A DNA stretch of 64,000 nucleotides from Pseudomonadota bacterium (lineage in GTDB: Bacteria > Pseudomonadota > Alphaproteobacteria > Rhizobiales > Xanthobacteraceae), in NCBI GenBank assembly GCA_021811945.1, contig JAKAPE010000001.1, positions 1,518-65,517 on the forward strand. Reading direction: 5' to 3'. Below are positions 55,501 through 64,000 of this stretch, piece by piece. The position numbers and the translations under genes are program-made. Numbering within the stretch: the first letter of the stretch is position 1; every line of letters begins with the position of its first letter. Below the pieces are notes generated by a model. That model ran no database searches. It worked only from the letters and a program-made list of their open reading frames with translations, and was not told where the DNA came from.

Positions 55501-56869
55501 TCGCAGGTTGCGCGTCCACTACCTGCTCGAACCCGGCTGGAAGGCTGATGCCGCCATCCAGGGCCTCGGTCGTACCAACCGCACCAACCAGGCGCAGCCG
55601 CCTTTGTTCAGGCCGATCGCGACGGACGTGAAAGCGGAGAAACGCTTTCTCAGCACGATCGCGCGTCGCCTCGACACGCTGGGCGCGATTACGCGCGGGC
55701 AACGCCAAACCGGTGGCCAGGGCCTGTTCCGGCCTGAGGACAATCTCGAAAGCCATTACGGGCGTGACGCGCTGCGCCAGCTCTACATGCTGCTGGTTCG
55801 CGGCAAGGTCGAAGGCTGCCCGCTTCAGACCTTCGAGGACGCGACCGGCCTCAAACTCGTGGACACGAACGGCATCAAGGACGAGCTGCCGCCGATCACC
55901 ACCTTCCTTAATCGCTTGCTGGCGCTGACCATCGACCTGCAGAACGTCCTGTTCACCGCGTTCGAGCAGTTGTTGACGGCTCGTATCGAGGGCGCGATCG
56001 CGTCCGGCACATACGATGTCGGTTTGGAGACGCTGCGCGCCGAGAGCTTCGTCGTCACCGACCGGCGCGTCATCTACACGCATCCCGGCACCGGCGCGGA
56101 GACCCGGCTGCTCACCATCATCGAGCGCCGGCGCAACCATCCCGTCACGCTGGATGAGGCGCTCGATCGGCTCTCCGATCCGCGCGCTCTGCGCCTCATC
56201 AACGAGCGCTCGGGCCGCGCCGCCGTGCAGGTGCCGGCGCCAAGCCTGATGCTCGACGACGGCGAGATCGAGCGACGCGTCCGGCTGATCCGGCCGATGG
56301 AGAGCCACGGCGTTCCGCTGAAGATGCTGGCGGAAAGCCACTGGACGGAGGTCGATCGCGCGCGCTTTGCCGCCGCATGGCAGGCGGAGATCGCTGCCGT
56401 GCCGGAGTTCACCGACAGCACCATCCATGTGGTAGCAGGTTTGCTCCTGCCGATCTGGAAGCGGCTGCCGAACGAGTCGACGCGCGTCTACCGGCTTCAG
56501 ACCGATGCCGGCGAGCGCATCATCGGCCGCAAGGTTTCGCCTGCTTGGGTGGCGACCGCGCTCGCCACGGACGCGCCAACTCTGACGCCGGAGAATGCCT
56601 TTGCTGCCCTCTTGGACGGGCGGACGGTCTTCGACCTCGCCGAAGGTCTTCAGCTCCGACGCGTCCGCGTCATGGGCGCCACGCGCATCGAGCTGTCGGG
56701 TTTCAACGACACGATGCGCGACCGGCTCAAAGCCTGCGGGCTCTTCCACGAGATTATCTCATGGAAGCTGCGCATGTTCGTGCCGACCGACGCTGCGGGC
56801 GTCGCGGTCCTGGCGCGGGTGCTCGACCGCTACCCCGTCGAGCGGGTCTGCCAATCGGAGGCCGCGTAA
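52544..56869 (+). CDS. N6-adenine methyltransferase domain fused to a strawberry-notch-like SF2 helicase (1441 aa)
   Basis: LEPSAGTGLLA (motif I), VLMNPPFS (motif IV), then GDGTGAGKGRQVAG P-loop, IIFDESHAM (DExH), and the long Sbno-type C-terminus. Confidence 0.88.
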   Translation: MSHPSVATAAPAVAPIPCDRTDAPASRIAEAARLLLPHLEQGRRVDAAILRAEMEEAFGASDSSGAWDWKTAYDACEAATVLFLRRFGKALFRKAGSPVAALPQFAKVASLLPTHTRRSEESQALQQFSTPIPLGLAALCAAAIVPGDRVLEPSAGTGLLAVLAEIAGGALVLNELADTRAALLDHLFPRITVSRLDAAQIDDHLDAAVTPSVVLMNPPFSAMVNVSGRMADAAYRHVASALARLAEGGRLVAITGANFGPEMPTWRDAFTRLQERGRVVFTAVIDGAVYAKHGTTIETRLTVIDKMPASDAAQFPPSAGIAPDVPTLLGWIGEHVPPRRPVALPTAGGFAAPRTVRGYLARTASRQPATAIVEPEGVELAYDTVEWTPPEGSRLTDALYEEYVLQSIRISGSQAHPTKLVQSAAMASVAPPKPSYRPHLPAKLVGDGVLSDAQLESVIYAGEAHADFLAGSWTVDETFDLVTAARDSAENAVRFRRGWFLGDGTGAGKGRQVAGILLDNWLKGRRRAVWISKSDKLIEDAQRDWSALGMERLLVTPLSRFRQGTPIRLAEGILFATYATLRTDERGEKLSRVRQIVEWLSSGFDGVIIFDESHAMQNAVGGKGQRGEQAPSQQGRAGLRLQHALPNARIVYVSATGATTVHNLAYAQRLGLWGGEDFPFATRAEFVEAIEDGGVAAMEVLARDLKALGLYAARSLSYEGVEYELVEHQLTPEQIRIYDAYAGAFSVIHNNLDAAMRAANITGETSTLNAQAKSAARSAFESAKQRFFGHLLTSMKTPSLICSIERDLEAGHAAVIQLVSTGEALMERRLAEIPTEDWRDVQVDITPREYVLDYLAHSFPVQLYEPFTDSEGHLSSRPVYRDGQPVESREAVARRDRLIEKLASLPPVPGALDQIVQRFGTDLVAEVTGRSRRVIRKGDRLQVENRAASANLAETAAFMNDAKRILVFSDAGGTGRSYHAELSAGNRRLRVHYLLEPGWKADAAIQGLGRTNRTNQAQPPLFRPIATDVKAEKRFLSTIARRLDTLGAITRGQRQTGGQGLFRPEDNLESHYGRDALRQLYMLLVRGKVEGCPLQTFEDATGLKLVDTNGIKDELPPITTFLNRLLALTIDLQNVLFTAFEQLLTARIEGAIASGTYDVGLETLRAESFVVTDRRVIYTHPGTGAETRLLTIIERRRNHPVTLDEALDRLSDPRALRLINERSGRAAVQVPAPSLMLDDGEIERRVRLIRPMESHGVPLKMLAESHWTEVDRARFAAAWQAEIAAVPEFTDSTIHVVAGLLLPIWKRLPNESTRVYRLQTDAGERIIGRKVSPAWVATALATDAPTLTPENAFAALLDGRTVFDLAEGLQLRRVRVMGATRIELSGFNDTMRDRLKACGLFHEIISWKLRMFVPTDAAGVAVLARVLDRYPVERVCQSEAA

Positions 56870-57930
56870 TGCCGCGCGACGCCTCCGAACTGGCGCACCG
56901 CCTCGCGCGCGACGCCGAGGCGGTGTGCCGCCACTATCTCTCCAATGGCCGGCGAGAAGGCCGCTACTGGTTGGTGGGCGACGCGCGCAACACACCGGGC
57001 CGGTCCATGTTCGTCCGGCTCAAGGAGTCGCCGAAAGGGGCGGCCGGCAAATGGACCGACGCCGCCACCGGCGAGCATGGCGATCTGCTGGACGTCATTC
57101 GCGAGAGCTGCGGCCTCATCGACTTCCACGACGTCACCGACGAAGCCCGCCGCTTCTTGAGCCTGCCACGTATCGAACCGGAGCCTCCCCCGAAACATCC
57201 GCGACTGCCCGCGCAGATGGGCTCGCCAGAAGCCGCACATCGGCTCTTCGCCATGTCGCAGCCGGTGATGCGCACACTCGTAGAGACGTATCTCCGGAAT
57301 CGCGGCATTACGCCTTCGCACGAAGACGGCGCGCTGCGCTTCCATCCCCACTGCTACTACCGGCCCGACGAGCATTCACCGACGGAAATCTGGCCGGCGA
57401 TGATCGCGCGCGTGACCGATCTCGACGGCCGGATCACCGGCGCGCACCGGACGTGGCTCGATCCCGAGGGCTTCGATCCTGTCCGTCTCGGCAAGGCACC
57501 GATCGACACACCCCGACGCGCGATGGGCGACCTCCTCGGCAACGCCGTGCGCTTCGGGGTGGCGAACGACGTGCTCGCCGCCGGCGAAGGCATCGAGACC
57601 ATGTTGTCCTTGCGTTGCGTGTTGCCAACCCTGCCGATGGCCGCCGCCTTGTCTGCCAATCACCTGGCCGCTCTCCTGTTCCCGGCGACACTGCGCCGAC
57701 TCTATATCGTGCGCGACAATGATGCGGCCGGCGAGCTGGCCGCGGCGGCCCTCACCGAACGCGCCGAGGCAACCGGCGTCGAGACGATCGTGTGGATCCC
57801 CAGACGTGGCGACTTCAACGAGGATCTGCGCGCCTTCGGACTCGATGCACTTCGAGCGGACTTGCGGGTGCAGCTCGTCCCGCAGGACGTCGCCCGCTTC
57901 ATGCTCCTGATGTCGGCCGAAACGGGCTGA
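56869..57930 (+). CDS. Toprim domain protein (ICE primase-like, DUF7146-type N-terminus)
   Basis: The ATG overlaps the upstream TAA (TAATG). C-terminal toprim-like AAGEGIET...IVRDNDAAG (E ... DxD). Confidence 0.75.
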   Translation: MPRDASELAHRLARDAEAVCRHYLSNGRREGRYWLVGDARNTPGRSMFVRLKESPKGAAGKWTDAATGEHGDLLDVIRESCGLIDFHDVTDEARRFLSLPRIEPEPPPKHPRLPAQMGSPEAAHRLFAMSQPVMRTLVETYLRNRGITPSHEDGALRFHPHCYYRPDEHSPTEIWPAMIARVTDLDGRITGAHRTWLDPEGFDPVRLGKAPIDTPRRAMGDLLGNAVRFGVANDVLAAGEGIETMLSLRCVLPTLPMAAALSANHLAALLFPATLRRLYIVRDNDAAGELAAAALTERAEATGVETIVWIPRRGDFNEDLRAFGLDALRADLRVQLVPQDVARFMLLMSAETG

Positions 57931-58236
57931 GCAACAGCAGTTCGGGTGTCGCCATGGCCGGTCGGCGATGCCCGATAAGCCGAACAGAGTCCGCGCCCTG
58001 GCCTTCTAGAGGGCGATCGGACGGCAGCCGGCCCGGCCCGGCAATGGCTGCGCCCGGCTATTTTCCGCCGGCCCTCTCGGGCCTTTGCATCGCGAAGCAA
58101 AATAGCCGGGCTTCGCCATCCTCCGCTGACGCTGCGGCCCTGCGCTGCGCTCCGGGTTCTGGGCCGCGCCGCCCGCCGTCTGGTGATCGCCACGAAGGCC
58201 GCGATGGGCGCGGCCGATCCGGCAAAGGGCCTCACC

Positions 58237-59175
58237 ATGACGACCGACCACGACGACACCGAATTCGAGCTGCCGCACAGCTCATCCCCGACCGATCACG
58301 TCCTCAACGAGCTTCAGCTCTATGGCTACCGTCCCCTCCAGGACGAGCCTGATCCGAGGCCGCTTCCCGAAGGCAACGTGGTGGCCGACGCCGTCGCCGA
58401 CATCTTCGATGCCCTGGTCTCGACCCTGAACGACACGCGTCTCGAACCGGACATCGAGGACTTGCTCTGGTCGACCGTCAATCTCTTCCACCGCGCCACA
58501 GGTCGCATCGAACGCGAGCTCGACGACAACGAGCTGGCGCAGCGGCGGAGCCAACGCGAGCAGAACGGCTCGGAGGTGCGATCCGTCGAGCTCGAACGGC
58601 TCACGGCCGAAGGCATCACACTGACCGAGCGCCGCAACTGCATGGAGCTCTTCCGCGACCAGGCCGCCGAACGTTTCGAAGTTCATACCGGCACGCCCTG
58701 GCGTCCCCGCTCTGGATCGCTGGTGAACCATCGCACGCTCACCGCCGCGATGATCGACAGTCGCGATTTCCTGGCCGCCAAACGCCGTGCCGAGGCCGAG
58801 GTGATGCTGCCGCCGGGGCCGAAGATTGCGCTCACCGGCGGGCTCGACTTCAACGATCATCGCCTGATCTGGGATCGGCTCGACAAGGTGCACGCGAAGC
58901 ACCCCGACATGGTACTGCTGCATGGCGGCTCGCCGAAGGGCGCCGAACTCATCGCCGCCAAATGGGCGAGCAACCGCAACGTGCCGCAGATCGCCTTCAA
59001 GCCCGACTGGACGAAGCACGCGAAGGCCGCTCCATTCAAGCGCAACGACGCGATGCTCGCGGTCCTGCCGATCGGTGTCATGCACTTCCCGGGCACGGGC
59101 ATCCAGGACAACCTCGCCGACAAGGCAAAGAAGCTCGGCATCCCGGTCTGGAAATTCGGCGAGGGCGGCGCATGA
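58237..59175 (+). CDS. DUF2493 (SLOG-fold) domain protein
   Basis: C-terminal LTGGLDFNDHRLIWDRLD...VLLHGGSPKGAELIAAKWA...PDW matches the DUF2493 pattern. Confidence 0.75.
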   Translation: MTTDHDDTEFELPHSSSPTDHVLNELQLYGYRPLQDEPDPRPLPEGNVVADAVADIFDALVSTLNDTRLEPDIEDLLWSTVNLFHRATGRIERELDDNELAQRRSQREQNGSEVRSVELERLTAEGITLTERRNCMELFRDQAAERFEVHTGTPWRPRSGSLVNHRTLTAAMIDSRDFLAAKRRAEAEVMLPPGPKIALTGGLDFNDHRLIWDRLDKVHAKHPDMVLLHGGSPKGAELIAAKWASNRNVPQIAFKPDWTKHAKAAPFKRNDAMLAVLPIGVMHFPGTGIQDNLADKAKKLGIPVWKFGEGGA

Positions 59176-59317
59176 AGCGCCGCCACCCCCACGACAGGCA
59201 ACCTGATCCCGCTGCATCGCTCTCGCAAGATGGGCTGCCCTCGGCTATACTTTGGACTGCGCCGTGGTGGTGGTGGAAGGCGCGACCGACACATCCTTTG
59301 TCACGGAGGCTTCCACC

Positions 59318-59800
59318 ATGCTTGTCATCGGACTCATCCTCAGCATGTTCGGGATCGGCCTGTTTTGCTGGCTGATCTTCACGCTTACTGTTTACGCGCT
59401 CCCGTTCTTCGTCGGGCTTACCGCCGGCATGGCCGCGTTTCACAGCGGCGCTGGCGTCCTGGGCGCGCTCCTTGTCGGCATCGTGACCGGCGCCGTCACA
59501 CTGGCCATCGGACAGATCGCGTTCGCCGTGGTTCGTCCGCCGGTGCTTCGTGCCGTCATCGCCGGCGCCTTCGCCATTCCCGCCGCGATTGCCGGCTACC
59601 ATGCTGTCCTCGGGCTCTCGCAGATCGGCGTGCCCTCGCTTGTCTGGCGCGAGGTCTTCGCCTGGATTGGCGCGCTCTTCATTGGCGGCACGGCTTGGGC
59701 GCGGATGACGGTGTTCGCGGAGCCTCTTCCGTTGCGACCGGGCGGGGCATCACAGAACGAGCCTCAGCCACTTCTCACTGGCGCGACGCGACAGAGTTAG
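59318..59800 (+). CDS. Hypothetical integral membrane protein (4-5 TM)
   Basis: GGAGG RBS; consecutive hydrophobic helices. Confidence 0.55.
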   Translation: MLVIGLILSMFGIGLFCWLIFTLTVYALPFFVGLTAGMAAFHSGAGVLGALLVGIVTGAVTLAIGQIAFAVVRPPVLRAVIAGAFAIPAAIAGYHAVLGLSQIGVPSLVWREVFAWIGALFIGGTAWARMTVFAEPLPLRPGGASQNEPQPLLTGATRQS

Positions 59801-59873
59801 GCCTTCGCCGTCTCGCCAAACCGTGCTCTGGCGATCGGATGCTTTGCTTCGCCTCAAACGAGGCGACGGGCAG

Positions 59874-61364
59874 TCAATCCTTATTGCTGGCAAGCGCGAT
59901 CAGGCCCTGATGCAATCGCACCATGGCCCAGGTGTCGCGTTGGCAGTAGGCGAGCAGCGACTTGCGCAACCGCGTCGATGTCGCGGCATCGACGCGGCCG
60001 TTAGCCATTAGCCAGAACGCGGTCGAGGCGGCGCCACCGTCCGCGATATCGTCCAAATCATCGTATGTCACGTCTGGACAAAGAGCCGGCGCTGCGGTCT
60101 TGATCGAACTGCTGAAATCGAAGTTTGGATGATAGATCGCGCTACGGACAACGGGCAGAAGATCCGCTAGTCGGCGGATAATGCCGCGCAATGGCTGTTT
60201 TAGGTCGCGGAAATGCGTGGCGAGTTCTGCTAAACGCGTCTGTTCGTAAGATGAATAGACAACGATCGGCAATTTGCTCCCCTTCAGCGCTGCGACCAGC
60301 GTCTCGGCGAATTGCCGTCGCGGGTCAGGGCCAGCATCGGCAAGGAATTCTCGATGGCTCACAACTCCGTTGGCATCGACGTGGTGTAGCGACCATTGAA
60401 AGGGAATTGTCTGATATGGCCGTGTGCCGTGATAGAGCGGCACGGCTGGCAGGAATGCCTCGAAATCGAGATAGAACGCCGGCGGACCAAACCCGGAGAG
60501 TCGCAGCGAAAGGTCCGGAGATACATGGAGAGCTCCGTTTCGTGTCGCTTCACGAATGACAGTCTGGCGCGGTGACAAACGAAAATCATCGGGGATTGCC
60601 GAAATCGATTCTATCCCGAGAGCCCTAAGTTCTTCACGTCGCGCGCTCCGGAAATTGGGCATGTAGAATACCCAGTCACTTGGCTTCGACGCCGTGCAAC
60701 TCTCCCAGTGTTCGCATGATACGGGAGTGTGACAGTGTGACTCTGGCTCGATCTTCGGTGCCTTCGCGCGTGCAAGGCAGGCCCGCTGTTTCCTGAGTCG
60801 CGTCTCGATTCCATCAAGCCGTTTTTTCGCTTCTGCCTTTACATCGACCCGGCTGAAGAACTTCGGCCAGGAAACGCTGTTATGACCGCGCACATATGCC
60901 TTGTTCACATGGAGAATATCGACCGCGGAAAGACGAACGCCCGCGCCACGAAGGACATGAAGCTGGACCGCAACATCATCGTAGTGATGGTCCTTGACCT
61001 CCCCGCTGCTCTTCACCTCGCACATCGCCCAATATCCGCGCGAACGGCGCTCAAGGACGTCCACACGGACGCGGACACCTGAATGAACGAAGGCGGCCTC
61101 GAAGATGGCCGCCACAGACCGGTCAGCCATCAGTGCCGCGGTACGGGCAACTGCTTCTGCGTGTTCCCAGGGCGGTTCCTCGACGAGAACTCCCCCAGGA
61201 AAGAGAAGCCGCGCCATTTGGCCGATTTCGAGACCAACAGCTTCAATGGACCCGGACTCCGGCTCCTCCCATTCCGCCGGCTCGTGAACGTTGAGCCACA
61301 GCCGACGCAAGCACTGCAGGCCGGCCGTATACCGCGATTTGGTCAGATAATTGGGCTCGGCCAT
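59874..61364 (-). CDS. DUF2779-type protein (Cas4-like PD-(D/E)xK + RNaseH-like domain)
   Basis: N-terminus LTKSRYTAGLQCLRRLWL, RVDVL...CEVKSS, then YLDFEAF...RPYQTIPFQWSLH, typical of DUF2779. Confidence 0.7.
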   Translation of the reverse strand: MAEPNYLTKSRYTAGLQCLRRLWLNVHEPAEWEEPESGSIEAVGLEIGQMARLLFPGGVLVEEPPWEHAEAVARTAALMADRSVAAIFEAAFVHSGVRVRVDVLERRSRGYWAMCEVKSSGEVKDHHYDDVAVQLHVLRGAGVRLSAVDILHVNKAYVRGHNSVSWPKFFSRVDVKAEAKKRLDGIETRLRKQRACLARAKAPKIEPESHCHTPVSCEHWESCTASKPSDWVFYMPNFRSARREELRALGIESISAIPDDFRLSPRQTVIREATRNGALHVSPDLSLRLSGFGPPAFYLDFEAFLPAVPLYHGTRPYQTIPFQWSLHHVDANGVVSHREFLADAGPDPRRQFAETLVAALKGSKLPIVVYSSYEQTRLAELATHFRDLKQPLRGIIRRLADLLPVVRSAIYHPNFDFSSSIKTAAPALCPDVTYDDLDDIADGGAASTAFWLMANGRVDAATSTRLRKSLLAYCQRDTWAMVRLHQGLIALASNKD

Positions 61365-61637
61365 GTACTCGCAAAACCCTTTAGTTTGCCCGACGGGAGC
61401 GTTTCATAGGCCCGGAAAAGCTTAGGCTGGTGACGATCCGGAATCCATAACGCCATGGATAAGGCTGCCATCAATACGTCCGTTTCTGACGTATCACCCC
61501 AACAAGACGCTTCGGCGATTGCCCGGACGGGAGGACCGACGGGTCGGTCGCGCCTTCTTCGCACCGACGCCAAATCTGACCGTCCGTGCGTCCGTTTCTG
61601 ACGCACTCGCCCGTCATAATTCACCTATGCGGAACAG

Positions 61638-63740
61638 ATGGAGGCAGAGGTGATGCGTCGGCACAGAACTCATGGGAAGGCGCAGGTTGCCAGCGACATC
61701 GCGAGACAGCAGCTCGGTTGGTACATGCGAAATTGCGCCTCGAGTCCAGCGTACGGGCTCCTCGAGCGCCTCATGCTGACCCGGCTGGATCGGTTGAAAG
61801 GAGAGCAGGACAGCGATCCCGACGAGATTGAATTTGATGTGGACGCCTCGTTTAACGCCAGGGATTTGAGCTGCCGACGCCGGGAGCTCCGGCACGTTCT
61901 CAAGAAGTATGATGCGATCGTCCCTTGCGATGATGGTGCGGAACTCAATGCCTTCTTTGCGCGCGATAAGTTCGGCTTAGACGAAATCGATACCGAAATT
62001 CTACTTCTCCTTCTGCGGTACGAGCGCAACGGTGATCTCGAACAGTTTGCCGATGAGGTATTGCAACGCCTTCACGCTCCGGCGCGCGCCGTGGCGGCGG
62101 TGCTCGGCGTCGATTGGCGCGAGGCTCGCAATCGGATTGCTGTAGGGAGCCCGCTGATCACGACCGGGCTTATCTGCATCAGTGAAGACGGATGCTATTC
62201 CGGTCTGGCGGGGCAGTCAGGCTATCTCCAACTCGCTCGGCCTCTGCGCAAGGTCGTGCAACGCTCGTATGCTTCGCGCCAGGAATGGGTTGCAGCGCTC
62301 ATCGGCGAGCCGCTGGCAACTCATCTCGGGTGGCAAGACTTCGAGCATCTGGGAGCATCTCGCGACTTGGCGGCGAAACTCATAGCCGGCGCCAACCGCG
62401 CCGGTGCCAGAGGCGTGAATATCCTGCTGCATGGTCCGGTCGGAACGGGAAAGACAGAATTCACGAAGGTTCTTGCAGCACAGGCGGGGATGAAAATCTG
62501 GTCGGTCGGAGAAACCGACGACGATGGCGGAGAGCCGACGCGAGGTGAGCGGCTCGCCGCCTTGAAACTCGCCCAAAGGCTGCTCGCTAAGCAGGACGGT
62601 GCTCTCATCCTTCTCGACGAAGCGGAAGACGTCTTGTCGTCGGAAGTATCCTTCCTCGGTCCATTTCCCGGCCGTCGCCGTGACGGATCGAAGGTCTATC
62701 TAAATCGCCTGGTCGAGCAGAATTCCATACCCATTCTTTGGACCTGCAACGAGCTTGCAGGAATTGATCCCGCGGTGCTGCGGCGCATGACGGTGGCGAT
62801 TGAGGTCAAGACACCGACCCGGCCAGTGCGGGCGCGCATCTGGCGCCGCGCGTTGGCCGAAACGGAGCTGAGGCTTGGCGAGGACGCGGTAGATCGACTG
62901 TCCCGCCACTATGCAGTCCCACCCGCAATCGCGACCAATGCGGCTCGGGCAGCTCTGCTCTCCGGTGGCGGGGAGGCCGCCGTCGAAGAGGCCATGGGCG
63001 GCGTCTTACAGCTTCTCGGAAATGGCGTCTGTCCGGCTGACGCTGATGCCAGCGATTTCGCCGCGTCGCTGGTGAATTCCGCCGAGGATCTGAAGGCGCT
63101 CACGGAGCGCCTTGTCGAACCCAGCGCCTCGCGCCGATGGTCACTATGCCTCTATGGCCCGCCGGGCACCGGCAAATCGCAATTTGCGCGCCACCTTGCC
63201 GTACGGCTTGGGATGGAGGTGATGCAGCAACGCGCGAGCGATCTCCTCTCCTGCTGGGTCGGCGAAAGCGAAAAGCAGATTGCGGCTGCGTTCCAAACAG
63301 CGCGCGCACGCCGCGCGATGCTCATCATCGACGAAGCGGATTCGCTCTTGTCTGACCGGCGCGAGGCCGTCCGAAGTTGGGAAGTGACACAAGTCAACGA
63401 GATGCTGACCTGGATGGAGAGTCACCCATTGCCATTCGTCTGCACCACCAACCTGATGGACCGGCTGGACCAGGCATCGCTTCGCCGCTTCACGCTGAAG
63501 CTGCGGTTCGACGCGCTGGGGGCGCAACAGGCGGCCCTCGCCTTCGAGCATTTCTTCGGCGTCACCGCATCAAGACGGCTCGCCGACGGGCTGACACCCG
63601 GCGATTTCGTGACAGTCCGCCGCAAGCGCGATTTGCTTGGTGCCAATGATCCTTCTCTTCTCGCAGATTGGCTCGATCAGGAAGCCGAGGCCAAAGGAGC
63701 CAGGACGCAACCAATAGGCTTCGCAGCCACTCATCGCTGA
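61638..63740 (+). CDS. AAA+ ATPase with two ATPase modules and an N-terminal domain of about 250 aa
   Basis: D1 has HGPVGTGKT / ILLDEAED. D2 has YGPPGTGKS / LIIDEADSL plus a second region of homology (classic AAA). Alternative start at ATG 61653 has the better RBS (GGAGGCAGAGG). Confidence 0.85.
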   Translation: MEAEVMRRHRTHGKAQVASDIARQQLGWYMRNCASSPAYGLLERLMLTRLDRLKGEQDSDPDEIEFDVDASFNARDLSCRRRELRHVLKKYDAIVPCDDGAELNAFFARDKFGLDEIDTEILLLLLRYERNGDLEQFADEVLQRLHAPARAVAAVLGVDWREARNRIAVGSPLITTGLICISEDGCYSGLAGQSGYLQLARPLRKVVQRSYASRQEWVAALIGEPLATHLGWQDFEHLGASRDLAAKLIAGANRAGARGVNILLHGPVGTGKTEFTKVLAAQAGMKIWSVGETDDDGGEPTRGERLAALKLAQRLLAKQDGALILLDEAEDVLSSEVSFLGPFPGRRRDGSKVYLNRLVEQNSIPILWTCNELAGIDPAVLRRMTVAIEVKTPTRPVRARIWRRALAETELRLGEDAVDRLSRHYAVPPAIATNAARAALLSGGGEAAVEEAMGGVLQLLGNGVCPADADASDFAASLVNSAEDLKALTERLVEPSASRRWSLCLYGPPGTGKSQFARHLAVRLGMEVMQQRASDLLSCWVGESEKQIAAAFQTARARRAMLIIDEADSLLSDRREAVRSWEVTQVNEMLTWMESHPLPFVCTTNLMDRLDQASLRRFTLKLRFDALGAQQAALAFEHFFGVTASRRLADGLTPGDFVTVRRKRDLLGANDPSLLADWLDQEAEAKGARTQPIGFAATHR

Positions 63741-63755
63741 GGGGCGGAGGCTGCA

Positions 63756-64000
63756 ATGGCTGCACCGATACCGGTCTTTTACGACTGCGAAGCCTCGGAC
63801 ATGGAAGGCTACCCGATCGAAATTGGGTGGGCATTCCTGGATCCGGAAGCGGGTACCGTTGTCTCGGAGAGCCACCTCATCCGGCCGCCGGACGATTGGC
63901 CAATCAAGGAGAGCTGGGACCCGGCGGCCGAAAGGCTGCATGGCATAGCGCTGTCCCAGTTATGGCTTGATGGACGCCCGGTCTGGGAAATCGGGCGGCG
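63756..64000 (+). CDS. DEDD-type (DnaQ-like) 3'-5' exonuclease, N-terminal part; runs off the window
   Basis: Hand translation from ATG 63756 (RBS GGGGCGGAGG) gives MAAPIPVFYDCEASDMEGYPIEIGWAF...AERLHGI, with Exo I D-x-E. The frame is open to position 64000. Confidence 0.5.
   Translation, partial: MAAPIPVFYDCEASDMEGYPIEIGWAFLDPEAGTVVSESHLIRPPDDWPIKESWDPAAERLHGIALSQLWLDGRPVWEIGR

Larger units (their letters stand above)
17280..64000. mobile_element. Integrative (probably conjugative/mobilisable) element inserted in radC; right end beyond the window
   Basis: Truncated radC followed by a tyrosine integrase, a visibly lower-GC defence cargo, and ICE backbone genes (ardC, parB-like, MTase/strawberry-notch helicase, toprim, DUF2493). 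No second att copy or T4SS genes lie within the window. Confidence 0.7.

Noticed and set aside
59849-59866. Hairpin TCGCCTC-AAAC-GAGGCGA between the convergent membrane-protein gene and the DUF2779 gene, considered as a terminator.
   Set aside because: It has only a 7-bp stem and no U-tract on either strand, so it is too weak to call.
1-64000. CRISPR arrays, rRNA genes, IS elements and transposases.
   Set aside because: No regularly spaced direct repeats of 24-40 nt were found. No rRNA-like conserved blocks were found. No DDE or IS-type transposase ORF was recognised. The only recombinase seen is the tyrosine integrase.

Overview
High-GC alphaproteobacterial (Hyphomicrobiales-like) chromosome. 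No rRNA, tRNA or CRISPR array was seen. Positions 1-17.3 kb are ordinary core genome: a TPP enzyme fragment, transglutaminase-like protein, SDR, pdxH, DnaJ-like protein, fabI, aroC, ribB-like gene, a lemA-TPM-TPM operon, ald, pirin and map. This stretch also holds a small decay zone at 11.8-13.9 kb and several intergenic repeats. At about 17.28 kb a RadC-family gene is cut off right after its HNHP motif. A tyrosine integrase follows, and from there to the window end (at least 46.7 kb) the sequence looks like an integrative or conjugative element. Its left part (18.9-45 kb) is a defence island, almost all on the minus strand. (1) An eight-gene, tightly coupled operon encodes a 57-aa protein ending LGGEY, an E2-like protein, a Phd/YefM-fused E2 variant (Cys replaced by Ser), a ThiF/E1-like protein, a JAB/JAMM peptidase, and a ComEC-type MBL, patatin phospholipase, ComEC-type MBL trio. 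It has no CD-NTase. I cannot match this architecture to a named system, and it is my top candidate for something undescribed. (2) A four-gene operon encodes an unknown protein, an XRE-ImmA/IrrE fusion, an Mrr-like nuclease, and an 1135-aa RecB/Cas4-like nuclease fused to an RNaseH-like domain and an SF1 helicase. (3) A six-gene operon encodes RHH, SNF2 (PLD-like N-terminus), DUF4391, HNH, type III Mod and type III Res. (4) An AbiEi/AbiEii pair. The right part (45-59 kb) is ICE backbone or leading-region-like: ardC, parB-like, small conserved ORFs separated by a repeated hairpin+RBS cassette, a frameshifted DUF4326, a 1441-aa methyltransferase/strawberry-notch helicase, a toprim protein and a DUF2493/SLOG protein. 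It is followed by DUF2779, a double AAA+ ATPase and a partial DEDD exonuclease. All functional calls come from motif reading and memory of protein families; no database search was possible.
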